DNA of 64,000 nucleotides from Escherichia coli (GTDB lineage: Bacteria; Pseudomonadota; Gammaproteobacteria; Enterobacterales; Enterobacteriaceae): NCBI RefSeq assembly GCF_003018255.1, contig NZ_CP027440.1. The stretch is one strand, 5' to 3'. The position numbers and the translations under genes are program-made. A model generated the notes under the pieces. That model made no database searches. It was not told the origin of the DNA and saw only the letters and a program-made list of their open reading frames with translations. Each line of letters begins with the position of its first letter. Positions within the stretch are counted from its first letter, which is position 1. This document shows, piece by piece, positions 39,477-51,750 of this stretch.

Positions 39477-41621
39477 GTGTCCCGTATTATTATGCTGATC
39501 CCTACCGGAACCAGCGTCGGTCTGACCAGCGTCAGCCTTGGCGTGATCCGTGCAATGGAACGCAAAGGCGTTCGTCTGAGCGTTTTCAAACCTATCGCTC
39601 AGCCGCGTACCGGTGGCGATGCGCCCGATCAGACTACGACTATCGTACGTGCGAACTCTTCCACTACGACGGCCGCTGAACCGCTGAAAATGAGCTACGT
39701 TGAAGGTCTGCTTTCCAGCAATCAGAAAGATGTGCTGATGGAAGAGATCGTCGCAAACTACCACGCTAACACCAAAGACGCTGAAGTCGTTCTGGTTGAA
39801 GGTCTGGTCCCGACACGTAAGCACCAGTTTGCCCAGTCTCTGAACTACGAAATCGCTAAAACGCTGAATGCGGAAATCGTCTTCGTTATGTCTCAGGGCA
39901 CTGACACCCCGGAACAGCTGAAAGAGCGTATCGAACTGACCCGCAACAGCTTCGGCGGTGCCAAAAACACCAACATCACCGGCGTTATCGTTAACAAACT
40001 GAATGCACCGGTTGATGAACAGGGCCGTACTCGCCCGGATCTGTCCGAGATTTTCGACGACTCTTCCAAAGCTAAAGTAAACAATGTTGATCCGGCGAAG
40101 CTGCAAGAATCCAGCCCGCTGCCGGTTCTCGGCGCAGTGCCGTGGAGCTTTGACCTGATCGCGACTCGTGCGATCGATATGGCTCGCCACCTGAATGCGA
40201 CCATCATCAACGAAGGCGACATCAATACTCGCCGCGTTAAATCCGTCACTTTCTGCGCACGCAGCATTCCGCACATGCTGGAGCACTTCCGTGCCGGTTC
40301 TCTGCTGGTGACTTCCGCAGACCGTCCTGACGTGCTGGTTGCCGCGTGCCTGGCTGCCATGAACGGCGTAGAAATCGGTGCCCTGCTGCTGACTGGCGGC
40401 TACGAAATGGACGCGCGCATTTCTAAACTGTGCGAACGTGCTTTCGCTACCGGCCTGCCGGTATTTATGGTGAACACCAACACCTGGCAGACTTCTCTGA
40501 GCCTGCAGAGCTTCAACCTGGAAGTTCCGGTTGACGATCACGAGCGTATCGAGAAAGTTCAGGAATACGTTGCTAACTACATCAACGCTGACTGGATCGA
40601 TTCTCTGACGGCCACTTCTGAGCGCAGCCGTCGTCTGTCTCCGCCAGCGTTCCGTTATCAGCTGACTGAACTTGCGCGCAAAGCGGGCAAACGTATCGTT
40701 CTGCCGGAAGGTGACGAACCGCGTACCGTTAAGGCAGCCGCTATCTGTGCTGAACGTGGTATCGCAACTTGCGTACTGCTGGGTAATCCGGCAGAGATCA
40801 ACCGTGTTGCAGCGTCTCAGGGTGTAGAACTGGGTGCAGGCATTGAAATCGTTGATCCAGAAGTGGTTCGCGAAAGCTATGTTGGTCGTCTGGTCGAGCT
40901 GCGTAAGAACAAAGGCATGACCGAAACCGTTGCCCGCGAACAGCTGGAAGATAACGTGGTTCTCGGTACGCTGATGCTGGAACAGGATGAAGTTGATGGT
41001 CTGGTTTCCGGTGCTGTTCACACTACCGCAAACACCATCCGTCCGCCGCTGCAGCTGATCAAAACTGCACCGGGCAGCTCCCTGGTATCTTCCGTGTTCT
41101 TCATGCTGCTGCCGGAACAGGTTTACGTTTACGGTGACTGTGCGATCAACCCGGATCCGACCGCAGAACAGCTGGCAGAAATCGCGATTCAGTCCGCAGA
41201 TTCCGCTGCGGCCTTCGGTATCGAACCGCGCGTTGCTATGCTCTCCTACTCCACCGGGACTTCTGGTGCTGGTAGCGACGTAGAAAAAGTTCGCGAAGCA
41301 ACTCGTCTGGCGCAGGAAAAACGTCCTGACCTGATGATCGACGGTCCGCTGCAGTACGACGCTGCGGTAATGGCTGACGTTGCGAAATCCAAAGCACCGA
41401 ACTCTCCGGTTGCAGGTCGCGCTACCGTGTTCATCTTCCCGGATCTGAACACCGGTAACACCACCTACAAAGCGGTACAGCGTTCTGCTGACCTGATCTC
41501 TATCGGACCGATGCTGCAGGGTATGCGCAAGCCGGTTAACGACCTGTCCCGTGGCGCACTGGTTGACGATATCGTCTACACCATCGCGCTGACTGCGATT
41601 CAGTCTGCACAGCAGCAGTAA
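39477..41621 (+). CDS. pta: phosphate acetyltransferase
   Basis: 714-aa ORF with GTG start ([19 protein letters not shown]...). Confidence 0.96.
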   Translation: MSRIIMLIPTGTSVGLTSVSLGVIRAMERKGVRLSVFKPIAQPRTGGDAPDQTTTIVRANSSTTTAAEPLKMSYVEGLLSSNQKDVLMEEIVANYHANTKDAEVVLVEGLVPTRKHQFAQSLNYEIAKTLNAEIVFVMSQGTDTPEQLKERIELTRNSFGGAKNTNITGVIVNKLNAPVDEQGRTRPDLSEIFDDSSKAKVNNVDPAKLQESSPLPVLGAVPWSFDLIATRAIDMARHLNATIINEGDINTRRVKSVTFCARSIPHMLEHFRAGSLLVTSADRPDVLVAACLAAMNGVEIGALLLTGGYEMDARISKLCERAFATGLPVFMVNTNTWQTSLSLQSFNLEVPVDDHERIEKVQEYVANYINADWIDSLTATSERSRRLSPPAFRYQLTELARKAGKRIVLPEGDEPRTVKAAAICAERGIATCVLLGNPAEINRVAASQGVELGAGIEIVDPEVVRESYVGRLVELRKNKGMTETVAREQLEDNVVLGTLMLEQDEVDGLVSGAVHTTANTIRPPLQLIKTAPGSSLVSSVFFMLLPEQVYVYGDCAINPDPTAEQLAEIAIQSADSAAAFGIEPRVAMLSYSTGTSGAGSDVEKVREATRLAQEKRPDLMIDGPLQYDAAVMADVAKSKAPNSPVAGRATVFIFPDLNTGNTTYKAVQRSADLISIGPMLQGMRKPVNDLSRGALVDDIVYTIALTAIQSAQQQ

Positions 41622-41659
41622 TCTCGTCATCATCCGCAGCTTTACGCTGCGGATATCTG

Positions 41660-41691
41660 AACCGGAAATAGTCACTATTTCCGGTTTTTTA
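41660..41691 (+). terminator. rho-independent terminator of ackA-pta
   Basis: ACCGGAAATAG...CTATTTCCGGT stem followed by T6; preceded by a second hairpin at 41632..41654. Confidence 0.8.
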
Positions 41692-41810
41692 TTCTCTTAA
41701 TTTGCATTAATCCTTTCTGATTATCTTGCTTAACTGCGCTGCATCAATGAATTGCGCCATCTCAATTTGCATACTTACCACTTTGTTTTGTGCAAGGGAA
41801 TATTTGCGCT

Positions 41811-43331
41811 ATGTCCGCAATCACTGAATCTAAACCAACAAGAAGATGGGCAATGCCCGATACGTTGGTGATTATCTTTTTTGTTGCCATTTTAACCAGC
41901 CTTGCCACCTGGGTAGTTCCGGTGGGCATGTTTGACAGTCAGGAAGTGCAGTATCAGGTTGATGGTCAAACAAAAACACGCAAAGTCGTAGATCCACACT
42001 CATTTCGCATTCTGACTAACGAAGCAGGCGAACCTGAGTATCACCGCGTACAGCTGTTCACGACGGGCGATGAACGCCCGGGTCTGATGAACTTCCCGTT
42101 TGAAGGGTTAACCTCAGGATCGAAATACGGGACAGCCGTTGGCATCATCATGTTTATGCTGGTGATTGGCGGCGCGTTTGGCATTGTGATGCGTACAGGA
42201 ACCATTGATAACGGTATCCTGGCGCTTATTCGCCATACCCGCGGAAATGAAATTCTCTTTATTCCTGCGCTCTTTATTCTGTTTTCACTTGGCGGCGCGG
42301 TATTTGGTATGGGAGAAGAGGCCGTCGCCTTTGCCATTATCATCGCACCGCTAATGGTCCGGCTGGGCTATGACAGTATTACCACCGTCCTGGTGACCTA
42401 TATCGCCACGCAAATCGGTTTTGCCAGTTCGTGGATGAACCCGTTTTGTGTGGTTGTTGCTCAGGGGATTGCCGGCGTTCCGGTGCTTTCTGGCTCCGGG
42501 TTGCGCATCGTGGTGTGGGTTATCGCCACTCTGATTGGCCTGATCTTTACCATGGTGTACGCCTCACGAGTGAAAAAGAATCCTCTTCTGTCACGCGTGC
42601 ATGAGTCCGACCGCTTCTTTCGTGAAAAGCAGGCGGATGTTGAACAACGTCCGTTTACCTTTGGTGACTGGCTGGTATTGATTGTCCTGACCGCCGTAAT
42701 GGTCTGGGTGATTTGGGGCGTGATCGTTAATGCCTGGTTTATTCCAGAAATTGCCAGCCAGTTCTTCACCATGGGTCTGGTGATTGGCATCATCGGCGTT
42801 GTTTTCCGCCTTAACGGCATGACGGTTAATACCATGGCTTCATCCTTTACCGAAGGGGCGCGAATGATGATCGCCCCTGCCCTCCTGGTGGGTTTCGCCA
42901 AAGGGATTTTGCTGCTGGTCGGTAATGGTGAAGCGGGTGATGCCAGCGTGTTAAATACCATCCTCAACAGCATTGCCAATGCCATTAGCGGTCTGGATAA
43001 CGCGGTCGCGGCCTGGTTTATGTTGCTCTTCCAGGCGGTATTTAATTTCTTCGTGACATCTGGTTCTGGTCAGGCGGCGTTAACCATGCCGTTACTGGCA
43101 CCGCTTGGCGATCTGGTCGGTGTAAACCGTCAGGTTACCGTTCTGGCGTTCCAGTTTGGTGATGGCTTCAGCCACATCATTTACCCGACCTCAGCTTCGT
43201 TAATGGCAACGCTCGGTGTTTGCCGGGTGGACTTCCGTAACTGGCTGAAGGTGGGCGCGACACTGCTTGGACTGCTGTTTATTATGTCCAGCGTCGTGGT
43301 GATCGGCGCTCAGTTGATGGGCTACCACTAA
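41811..43331 (+). CDS. yfcC: putative membrane transporter (YfcC/C4-dicarboxylate anaerobic carrier-like family)
   Basis: 506-aa product from ATG (MSAITESKPTRR...); ORF track begins at an upstream GTG. Confidence 0.85.
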   Translation: MSAITESKPTRRWAMPDTLVIIFFVAILTSLATWVVPVGMFDSQEVQYQVDGQTKTRKVVDPHSFRILTNEAGEPEYHRVQLFTTGDERPGLMNFPFEGLTSGSKYGTAVGIIMFMLVIGGAFGIVMRTGTIDNGILALIRHTRGNEILFIPALFILFSLGGAVFGMGEEAVAFAIIIAPLMVRLGYDSITTVLVTYIATQIGFASSWMNPFCVVVAQGIAGVPVLSGSGLRIVVWVIATLIGLIFTMVYASRVKKNPLLSRVHESDRFFREKQADVEQRPFTFGDWLVLIVLTAVMVWVIWGVIVNAWFIPEIASQFFTMGLVIGIIGVVFRLNGMTVNTMASSFTEGARMMIAPALLVGFAKGILLLVGNGEAGDASVLNTILNSIANAISGLDNAVAAWFMLLFQAVFNFFVTSGSGQAALTMPLLAPLGDLVGVNRQVTVLAFQFGDGFSHIIYPTSASLMATLGVCRVDFRNWLKVGATLLGLLFIMSSVVVIGAQLMGYH

Positions 43332-43337
43332 AAATGT

Positions 43338-43366
43338 TAAGAGCCGCAATTGCGGCTCTTTTTTCA
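43338..43366. terminator. bidirectional terminator between convergent yfcC and yfcD
   Basis: AGAGCCGC-AATT-GCGGCTCT perfect hairpin followed by T6; overlaps yfcD stop. Confidence 0.75.
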
Positions 43367-43906
43367 TTCTGCCGTTTCAGTCTCTACGGCTTCATTTTTG
43401 GCATTGCGCTTCATCCACAACGCCAGCGCTTTCAGCGAGTCTGGAGTGAACTCATCGCAGCGTGCGGTGATTTCTTCCGGCGTCAGCCAGCAAACTTCGC
43501 TGACTTCATCTTCCTGTAGGGCGAAGGGACCGTGAGAGACGCAGCTGAACAACGCGCCCCAGACACGGCAATTTTTATCTTCGAAATAGAACTGCCCGTG
43601 CTCGGCAAAGGGGACACCGGCAATGCCCAACTCTTCTTCCGCTTCGCGACGCGCGGATTCCAGCAGTTGCTCATCGGCCTGGACTACACCGCCTGCGGTC
43701 GCATCTAACATGCCGGGTAAAAAGTCTTTTGTCTCGGTACGACGCTGGACCAGAATTTTGCCCATGCCATCATGCACGACGATGTAAGTTGCACGATGAC
43801 GCAGACACTGTGCCCGCATTTGTTCCCGGCTGGCTTGTGCAATGACTTCGTTCTCTTCATTGACAATATCCACCCATTCAGTACTTGCCAAACGACGCTG
43901 TTCCAT
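43364..43906 (-). CDS. yfcD: Nudix hydrolase
   Basis: 180-aa ORF with Nudix box ([24 protein letters not shown]). Confidence 0.88.
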
Positions 43907-43963
43907 TATCAGGAAACCTTCTTTTTCTGGCGCTCTTACGGCGCATTTTGAGTTGTGGGTAAA

Positions 43964-44518
43964 TTACGGATTAATCGCGACCTGCGCAATGATACTTTGA
44001 TCATTGAGTGCGATTACACTAAGTACGTCATTATCCAGCATGCCATAACTCGCCGGATTACCGCCTTTAGGAATACTCACCGAGCCGGGGTTGAAGTGGA
44101 AAATCTCCCCCCGCTGTTCTGCCACTGGCAGATGGGTATGACCGTACACCAGCACATCGTTCTGGTTTAAAGCAGGTAGGTTTTCCGGGCCAAACAGATG
44201 ACCATGCGTCAAAAACAGACGTTGTTTTTCCAGTAATACCTGTTGCCACGGCGCGGTTATCGGGAAATGCAAAAGCATTTGATCCACTTCGCTGTCGCAA
44301 TTGCCGCGCACAGCGATAACCTTATGTGCCACTTCATTAAGCCGTTCAGCGACTTTGGCTGGCGCGTAACCCTCCGGTAAAGCATTACGCGGGCCGTGAT
44401 TCAACACGTCGCCAAGGATCACCAGCCACTGGGCACCACTTTGGGCAAACAACTCCAGAACACGTTCCGTCGCCGGTAACGACCCATGAATGTCCGATGC
44501 AAACATCAGTTTCATCAC
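43964..44518 (-). CDS. yfcE: metallophosphoesterase / phosphodiesterase
   Basis: 184-aa ORF with calcineurin-like motifs (DIHG, GDVLNHG, GHTH). Confidence 0.88.
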   Translation of the reverse strand: MMKLMFASDIHGSLPATERVLELFAQSGAQWLVILGDVLNHGPRNALPEGYAPAKVAERLNEVAHKVIAVRGNCDSEVDQMLLHFPITAPWQQVLLEKQRLFLTHGHLFGPENLPALNQNDVLVYGHTHLPVAEQRGEIFHFNPGSVSIPKGGNPASYGMLDNDVLSVIALNDQSIIAQVAINP

Positions 44519-44521
44519 TCA

Positions 44522-45998
<1,477 letters not shown>

Positions 45999-46054
45999 CA
46001 GAAACAGGTTCTCGTGTATTATTTCATCCTAAGTAAAACAACGGAGAACCTGCA

Positions 46055-46417
46055 ATGGCACAACCTGCCGCTATTATTCGTATAAAGAACCTTCGTTTAC
46101 GTACGTTTATCGGAATTAAGGAAGAAGAAATTAACAACCGTCAGGATATTGTTATCAATGTGACTATCCACTACCCCGCCGATAAAGCGCGCACCAGCGA
46201 AGATATCAACGATGCGCTGAATTATCGCACCGTGACGAAAAACATTATTCAGCATGTAGAGAATAACCGTTTCTCTTTGCTGGAAAAATTAACTCAGGAT
46301 GTGCTCGATATCGCACGTGAACATCACTGGGTGACGTATGCTGAAGTGGAGATCGATAAACTGCACGCGCTGCGCTACGCCGATTCGGTATCCATGACCT
46401 TAAGCTGGCAGCGTTAA
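46055..46417 (+). CDS. folX: dihydroneopterin triphosphate 2'-epimerase
   Basis: 120-aa FolB/FolX-fold ORF. Confidence 0.88.
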
Positions 46418-46437
46418 CCGCCATATCGGGAGGCTGC

Positions 46438-47331
46438 ATGAAGATAGTGATCACCGGAGGGACAGGATTAATTGGTCGCCATTTGATTCCACGTTTGCTG
46501 GAGCTGGGCCATCAAATCACGGTAATGACGCGTAACCCGCAGAAAGCCAGTTCTGTTCTCGGCCCTCGGGTGGCACTATGGCAAGGGCTTGCCGATCAAA
46601 GCAACCTCAACGGCGTTGATGCGGTAATCAACCTGGCCGGAGAACCGATTGCTGATAAACGCTGGACTCACGAGCAAAAAGAGCGTCTCTGCCAAAGCCG
46701 CTGGAATATCACGCAAAAACTGGTCGATTTGATTAATGCCAGCGACACGCCGCCGTCGGTACTCATTTCCGGCTCGGCAACGGGCTATTATGGCGACTTA
46801 GGTGAAGTGGTGGTTACCGAAGAGGAACCGCCGCATAACGAATTTACTCATAAACTCTGCGCCCACTGGGAAGAAATTGCCTGCCGGGCGCAAAGTGACA
46901 AAACGCGAGTGTGCCTGCTGCGTACCGGCGTAGTGCTGGCACCGGATGGCGGTATTCTCGGTAAAATGCTGCCGCCGTTTCGTCTTGGCCTGGGCGGGCC
47001 GATTGGTTCCGGTCGGCAGTATCTGGCCTGGATTCATATTGATGATATGGTCAACGGCATTCTCTGGCTGCTGGATAACGAGCTGCGCGGGCCATTTAAT
47101 ATGGTTTCGCCCTACCCGGTACGCAATGAACAATTTGCCCATGCGCTCGGTCATGCGCTGCATCGCCCGGCTATTTTGCGCGTCCCCGCAACCGCCATTC
47201 GGCTGTTAATGGGCGAATCTTCAGTACTGGTATTAGGTGGACAACGCGCGCTGCCTAAACGGCTGGAAGAAGCGGGTTTTGCGTTTCGTTGGTACGATTT
47301 AGAAGAGGCGCTGGCGGATGTCGTTCGCTGA
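46438..47331 (+). CDS. yfcH: NAD-dependent epimerase/dehydratase family protein (DUF1731)
   Basis: 297-aa ORF with N-terminal GGTGxIG Rossmann motif. Confidence 0.85.
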   Translation: MKIVITGGTGLIGRHLIPRLLELGHQITVMTRNPQKASSVLGPRVALWQGLADQSNLNGVDAVINLAGEPIADKRWTHEQKERLCQSRWNITQKLVDLINASDTPPSVLISGSATGYYGDLGEVVVTEEEPPHNEFTHKLCAHWEEIACRAQSDKTRVCLLRTGVVLAPDGGILGKMLPPFRLGLGGPIGSGRQYLAWIHIDDMVNGILWLLDNELRGPFNMVSPYPVRNEQFAHALGHALHRPAILRVPATAIRLLMGESSVLVLGGQRALPKRLEEAGFAFRWYDLEEALADVVR

Positions 47332-47378
47332 TGTGGTTTACTGCAAACATCCGCCAGTTAACTCCCGGTGTTACAGGG

Positions 47379-47552
47379 TTAGTGGCTTTGCGCGATAAGA
47401 TCGTCTGGTGAAAGTCGGGTCACCATCATAACTAACTCTCGGTCTAAACCTCTCTCCAGCATCTCCTGAGCAATACGCAGGGCTTCTTCGCGTTTGCCAA
47501 GAATTAATCCATCATTCCGCCCTTCTTCACGTAATCTGTCAGCAATAGTCAT
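47379..47552 (-). CDS. candidate internally initiated small protein = C-terminal domain of RpnB (57 aa, [15 protein letters not shown]...), RpnS-like
   Basis: In-frame ATG at 47552 preceded on the coding strand by GAAAAGGAGAAACTG (AAGGAG SD, ~6-nt spacing) inside rpnB. Confidence 0.4.
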   Translation of the reverse strand: MTIADRLREEGRNDGLILGKREEALRIAQEMLERGLDRELVMMVTRLSPDDLIAQSH

Positions 47553-48281
47553 CAGTTTCTCCTTTTCTTGTGGTGCGCGTTCCGCTATCTCACCAATAAA
47601 TGCACGGAAACGCTGGGCATCCCCCGTTTGTAATACGTAATTAAACAGGGCTTTTAGCTGTCTGTCATTAGTGTTCCCTGTAACTAGCAGCGAAACAATT
47701 TGGTCGACTAATCCCAACAGATCGCGCTGACGAATATGTTTCTGAATTAACTCCAACAGCGCCATTTTGCGATGTTGCATAATCTCGTCATCCGGCACCA
47801 CGGTAATATCTACCAGCGGAAAAGCCGATGAATAAATTTTGCGGGCTATAGCAGGCTCGGCAAATTCATCAAGCCAGCAAAGTGAATAAGGATAAGGACT
47901 TCTGCAACCATGATAAAACAGCATCGGGATCACCAATGGAAGCTCTTTATAGCCTGCATCAAGATGGTTTTGCATCGCCGCAATGGAATAGCGCATCATG
48001 CGAAAAGCCATTAATTCTTCCGGCTTACTTTGGTGCTCTATCACTACATAAATATAACCCGCTCCCTCCTGCGTTTTCACAGACCACAAGAGGTCGGAAT
48101 AATATTGCCGCAGGTCTTCATCAATAAAACTGTTTGGTTCCAGTTTTAGCGTTGTTAAATCACACAGTTTGCGCAGCGGCGCGGGAAGATGAATATCAAT
48201 AAAATCCCGCGCGGTGTCTGGATGGCGTAAAAAAGATTTAAATACCGCATCATGCGGCGTGGAAGTTGTCGATATTGTCAT
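47379..48281 (-). CDS. rpnB: recombination-promoting nuclease RpnB (PD-(D/E)xK, YhgA-like)
   Basis: 300-aa ORF, Rpn/transposase_31-like N-terminal domain plus small C-terminal domain. Confidence 0.85.
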   Translation of the reverse strand: MTISTTSTPHDAVFKSFLRHPDTARDFIDIHLPAPLRKLCDLTTLKLEPNSFIDEDLRQYYSDLLWSVKTQEGAGYIYVVIEHQSKPEELMAFRMMRYSIAAMQNHLDAGYKELPLVIPMLFYHGCRSPYPYSLCWLDEFAEPAIARKIYSSAFPLVDITVVPDDEIMQHRKMALLELIQKHIRQRDLLGLVDQIVSLLVTGNTNDRQLKALFNYVLQTGDAQRFRAFIGEIAERAPQEKEKLMTIADRLREEGRNDGLILGKREEALRIAQEMLERGLDRELVMMVTRLSPDDLIAQSH

Positions 48282-48477
48282 GGCGTTCCGTCACCCCTCA
48301 AATTTAAGATGACGCGACAATAACCACGATTAATACCCAATGCAGCAGGCAGTTTTTATCTTTGGACAGCGAATTCAGAACTATTTTTAGCGGACTGCAA
48401 CTTTTACATTTCAGCGGAAGCTGACTCGCAAATTCCCCTTGAAAATACTCCGGCAGCGTTAGCCACCGGAGGGGGAA

Positions 48478-49251
48478 TTATTTCAGCGATCCCTTAAGGA
48501 ACTGTTGCAGACGAGGGCTTTGCGGGTTACCAAATAACTGTTCTGGCGCGCCCTCTTCTTCTATTTTCCCCTGATGGAGGAAAATGACGTGAGTAGAAAC
48601 ATGGCGAGCAAAGCCCATTTCGTGAGTCACTACCACCATGGTTTTCCCCTCTTCTGCCAGTTGCTGCATAATACGTAACACTTCGCCTACCAGTTCAGGA
48701 TCGAGCGCCGAGGTAGGTTCATCAAATAGTAAAACTTCCGGTTCCATTGCCAGCGCCCTTGCGATGGAAACACGCTGTTGCTGACCACCGGACAGGTGCA
48801 CCGGGTATTTCCCCTGCGCACGTTCGTCTATCCCGACTTTTGCCAGATATTTCACCGCCCGCTCGCGCGCTTCCTGCTTGCTCAGGCCCAACACCTGAAT
48901 CGGCGCTTCCATGACGTTTTCCAGCACCGTCATATGGCTCCAGAGATTGAAGTGCTGGAATACCATCGTCAGGCGTGTGCGCAATAAGCGCAGCTGATTT
49001 TTATCGGCGACTTTGAGTTGACCGTCTTTATCGCGCACCAGATTGATCGTCTGGCCATTGACCACGATCGATCCTTCGCTCGGTTTTTCGAGGAAGTTAA
49101 TGCAGCGCAGAAAGGTACTTTTCCCCGATCCCGACGATCCGATGATGCTTATGACATCTCCGGCATTCGCTTGCAGTGAGACCCCTTTCAGCACTTCGTG
49201 TTCGCCGTAGCGTTTGTGCAAATCGATAACGTTTAATTTATTCTCGGACAT
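48478..49251 (-). CDS. hisP: histidine/Lys-Arg-Orn ABC transporter ATP-binding protein
   Basis: 257-aa ORF with Walker A (GSSGSGKST) and ABC signature (LSGGQQQR). Confidence 0.95.
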   Translation of the reverse strand: MSENKLNVIDLHKRYGEHEVLKGVSLQANAGDVISIIGSSGSGKSTFLRCINFLEKPSEGSIVVNGQTINLVRDKDGQLKVADKNQLRLLRTRLTMVFQHFNLWSHMTVLENVMEAPIQVLGLSKQEARERAVKYLAKVGIDERAQGKYPVHLSGGQQQRVSIARALAMEPEVLLFDEPTSALDPELVGEVLRIMQQLAEEGKTMVVVTHEMGFARHVSTHVIFLHQGKIEEEGAPEQLFGNPQSPRLQQFLKGSLK

Positions 49252-49258
49252 CGTATTC

Positions 49259-49975
49259 TCAGTGCGTTGAAGAAGGTTTCACATGCTGCAACCAGCGTTT
49301 TTCCGCTCTGCGAAAGAGGCTGATCAGGACATAAGAGATGATTAAATAGAGCACCGCGGCAATGCCGAAGGCGGTAAAAGGTTGATACGTGGCGGCGTTA
49401 ATATCGCGGGCAATTTTCAGCAGATCCGGCACCGTGGCCGTAAACGCCAGCGCAGTAGAGTGCAGCATCAGGATCACTTCGTTGCTGTATGCCGGTAACG
49501 CAATACGCAGCGCAGAAGGCAAAATAATGCAGCGATACATTTTAAAGGTCGAGAAGCCATAGGCTCTGGCGGCTTCAATTTCCCCATGCGGCACTGAACG
49601 GATTGCCCCGGCAAAAATCTCGGTAGTGTAAGCGCAGGTGTTAAGCGTCAGCGCCAGCACGGTACAGTTCAGACCACTGCGAAAAAAGGCGTTAAGGAAC
49701 TCGGTTCCCTTAACAATCTCCAGCGTGTACATGCCGGAATAAAACACCAGCAACTGAACATACAGCGGCGTACCGCGAAAAATATAGGTAAATAACCAGA
49801 TTGGAAACTGGATGTATTTATTACTTGAGACGCGACCAATCGCCAGAAACAGCGCCAGAACTCCGCCTATCACTACCGACAAAATCAGCAGCCACAGGGT
49901 GATTGCCACGCCAGTAAAGCGATAACCGTCAGTCCACAGCAGTGGTTTCCAGTATTCATGTAAGATTTCGATCAC
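49259..49975 (-). CDS. hisM: histidine/Lys-Arg-Orn ABC transporter permease
   Basis: 238-aa permease ORF; overlaps hisQ. Confidence 0.92.
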   Translation of the reverse strand: MIEILHEYWKPLLWTDGYRFTGVAITLWLLILSVVIGGVLALFLAIGRVSSNKYIQFPIWLFTYIFRGTPLYVQLLVFYSGMYTLEIVKGTEFLNAFFRSGLNCTVLALTLNTCAYTTEIFAGAIRSVPHGEIEAARAYGFSTFKMYRCIILPSALRIALPAYSNEVILMLHSTALAFTATVPDLLKIARDINAATYQPFTAFGIAAVLYLIISYVLISLFRRAEKRWLQHVKPSSTH

Positions 49976-50658
49976 AGGTCAGACCTCTTCACACCCACGG
50001 AGTAGCGGCGCTCAAGGAACAGCAGCACACCATTGGAAACAGTGGTAAAAACCAGGTAAATCACGCCACAGACGATGGCGAAATAGAACGGTTCCCAGGT
50101 ACTTTTGCCTGCCAGCTGAGTGGCTTTGACCACATCTTCCAGGCCGAGTAACGAAACGAGTGCGGTAGATTTGAGGATCACCTGCCAGTTGTTGCCAATG
50201 CCTGGCAGGGCGTAACGCATCATCGCCGGAAACATGATCCGCCGAAACACTTGCCCACGAGTAAAACCGAACGCCGTCGCCGCCTCTATATGTCCTTTCG
50301 GCACTGCCATAAAAGCACCACGGAACGTTTCGGTAAAATAAGCACCGTAGATAAAACCGAGAGTGATAATACCTGCGACCATCGGATCAATATCAATCTG
50401 CCCGACGCCCATCGCCTCCGTCACCGTGTTTAGCGCAATCTGCAAACCGTAGAAAATCAGCAGCATCAACACCAAGTCCGGCACGCCTCGAATCAGCGTG
50501 GTGTACCCTTCGAAAATCAGCCCCGAAAGCCGATTTTGCGAGAGCTTACCGCCAGCGCCAATTAAACCGATAATTACAGCGAGCACTACAGAGCTGATAG
50601 CCAGCTCCAGCGTGACGAGCGCACCCTGTAAAATAACACCTGAAAACCCATACAACAT
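49972..50658 (-). CDS. hisQ: histidine/Lys-Arg-Orn ABC transporter permease
   Basis: 228-aa permease ORF. Confidence 0.92.
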   Translation of the reverse strand: MLYGFSGVILQGALVTLELAISSVVLAVIIGLIGAGGKLSQNRLSGLIFEGYTTLIRGVPDLVLMLLIFYGLQIALNTVTEAMGVGQIDIDPMVAGIITLGFIYGAYFTETFRGAFMAVPKGHIEAATAFGFTRGQVFRRIMFPAMMRYALPGIGNNWQVILKSTALVSLLGLEDVVKATQLAGKSTWEPFYFAIVCGVIYLVFTTVSNGVLLFLERRYSVGVKRSDL

Positions 50659-50747
50659 GCTGCCTGTCCTGTCGTGTGTGGTGAATTACCGCCTCTTGTC
50701 TCCCTCCGGTTACCCGAAGGGAGCGGACCTTCTTTCACCGATGGCGA

Positions 50748-51530
50748 TTAACCACCATAAACATCAAAATCGAAGTACTTTTTCGCTAATTTCTCGTAAG
50801 TACCGTCAGCGCGCATTTCGGCAAAGGCTTTGTTCAGTGCCTCGCGCAGTTCGTTATCTTCTTTACGCAGGCCCATGCCGGTCCCTACGCCAAACAGTTT
50901 TTCATCTTTAACAGACGGACCACCGAATTTGTAATCTTTACCGACGGGTTGTTTGAGGAAACCTTCGCTGGCAGCGACCTCATCCTGGAACGCGGCATCA
51001 ATACGTCCGGCAGTCAGGTCAGAATAAATGTTGTCCTGCCCCTGATAAGAAACGATTTCAATGCCTTTTGGTGCCCAATGTTCGTTACCGAACGTCTCCT
51101 GGGTGGTGCCCTGCAATACGCCTACCCGTTTGCCTTTCAGCGACTCGACTGTCGGCTGAATGTCGGAATTTTTCGCCACCACCAGACGAGAATCGGCAGC
51201 GTACAGTTTGTCGGTGAAGGCAATTTCTTGCTGACGTTTTTCCGTAATGGAAAGCGATGACATGATGGCGTCAATCTTCTTCGCTTTTAAGGACGGGATT
51301 AACGCATCCAGTGGGTTTTCGACAAACGTACATTGCGTATTGATGCGTTTGCACAACTCCTTCGCCAGATCGATATCGAAGCCAACCAGTTCGCCTTGTG
51401 AATTTTTTGATTCAAATGGCGCATAGGTCGGATCGGTACCGATGCGGATGTTTTGCGGAATCGCAGCAAACGCAGCAGTTGCGCTGGAGAAGGCCAGAAC
51501 CAGAGAGAGCGATAGCACCAGTTTTTTCAT
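50748..51530 (-). CDS. hisJ: histidine-binding periplasmic protein
   Basis: 260-aa ORF with signal peptide; paralog of adjacent argT. Confidence 0.92.
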   Translation of the reverse strand: MKKLVLSLSLVLAFSSATAAFAAIPQNIRIGTDPTYAPFESKNSQGELVGFDIDLAKELCKRINTQCTFVENPLDALIPSLKAKKIDAIMSSLSITEKRQQEIAFTDKLYAADSRLVVAKNSDIQPTVESLKGKRVGVLQGTTQETFGNEHWAPKGIEIVSYQGQDNIYSDLTAGRIDAAFQDEVAASEGFLKQPVGKDYKFGGPSVKDEKLFGVGTGMGLRKEDNELREALNKAFAEMRADGTYEKLAKKYFDFDVYGG

Positions 51531-51665
51531 AATGTCCTCAACTGACAGTCTTTTTATAGGGAATATTTACAGGTTTGTTACACTTATCGTGCCATAAAAT
51601 TGACCATCAAGGCAAAATATCCCGCCCCGTTAGACGTATTATTTTTCATTAAAAATGCTTAAGTA

Positions 51666-51720
51666 TGCATTTCAATGCACCACGATAGTGCAACAAACCT
51701 GGCGTGCACCATGATGATCA
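51666..51720. promoter_or_regulatory. cluster of operator-like palindromes between argT and hisJ (NtrC- or ArgR-type candidates)
   Basis: TGCATT-TC-AATGCA perfect palindrome overlapping TGCACC-ACGAT-AGTGCA, then GTGCACCATGATGATCA. Confidence 0.35.
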
Positions 51721-51750
51721 TTCCATCAGGTACAGTTTCCCTGCGACGTA

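Noticed and set aside
39405-41675. 756-aa ORF on the minus strand covering all of pta; similar long antisense ORFs opposite ackA (38368..39408), nuoCD (26875..28317), nuoG (23615..24613), nuoL (18316..19371), menB/menH (6074..7237) and menD (8386..9036)
   Set aside because: These lie exactly antisense to strongly codon-biased genes that avoid the sense codons (TTA, CTA, TCA) which would create antisense stops. They have no RBS or sensible start context and low-complexity, Arg/Gln-rich compositions, so they are frame-shadow artefacts rather than genes.
51583-51600. Possible sigma54 promoter for hisJ (minus-strand TGGCACGATAAGTGT)
   Set aside because: The -24 element is perfect but the -12 position has GT instead of the essential GC dinucleotide; a sigma70 promoter (TTGATG-17-ATAAGT) fits better.
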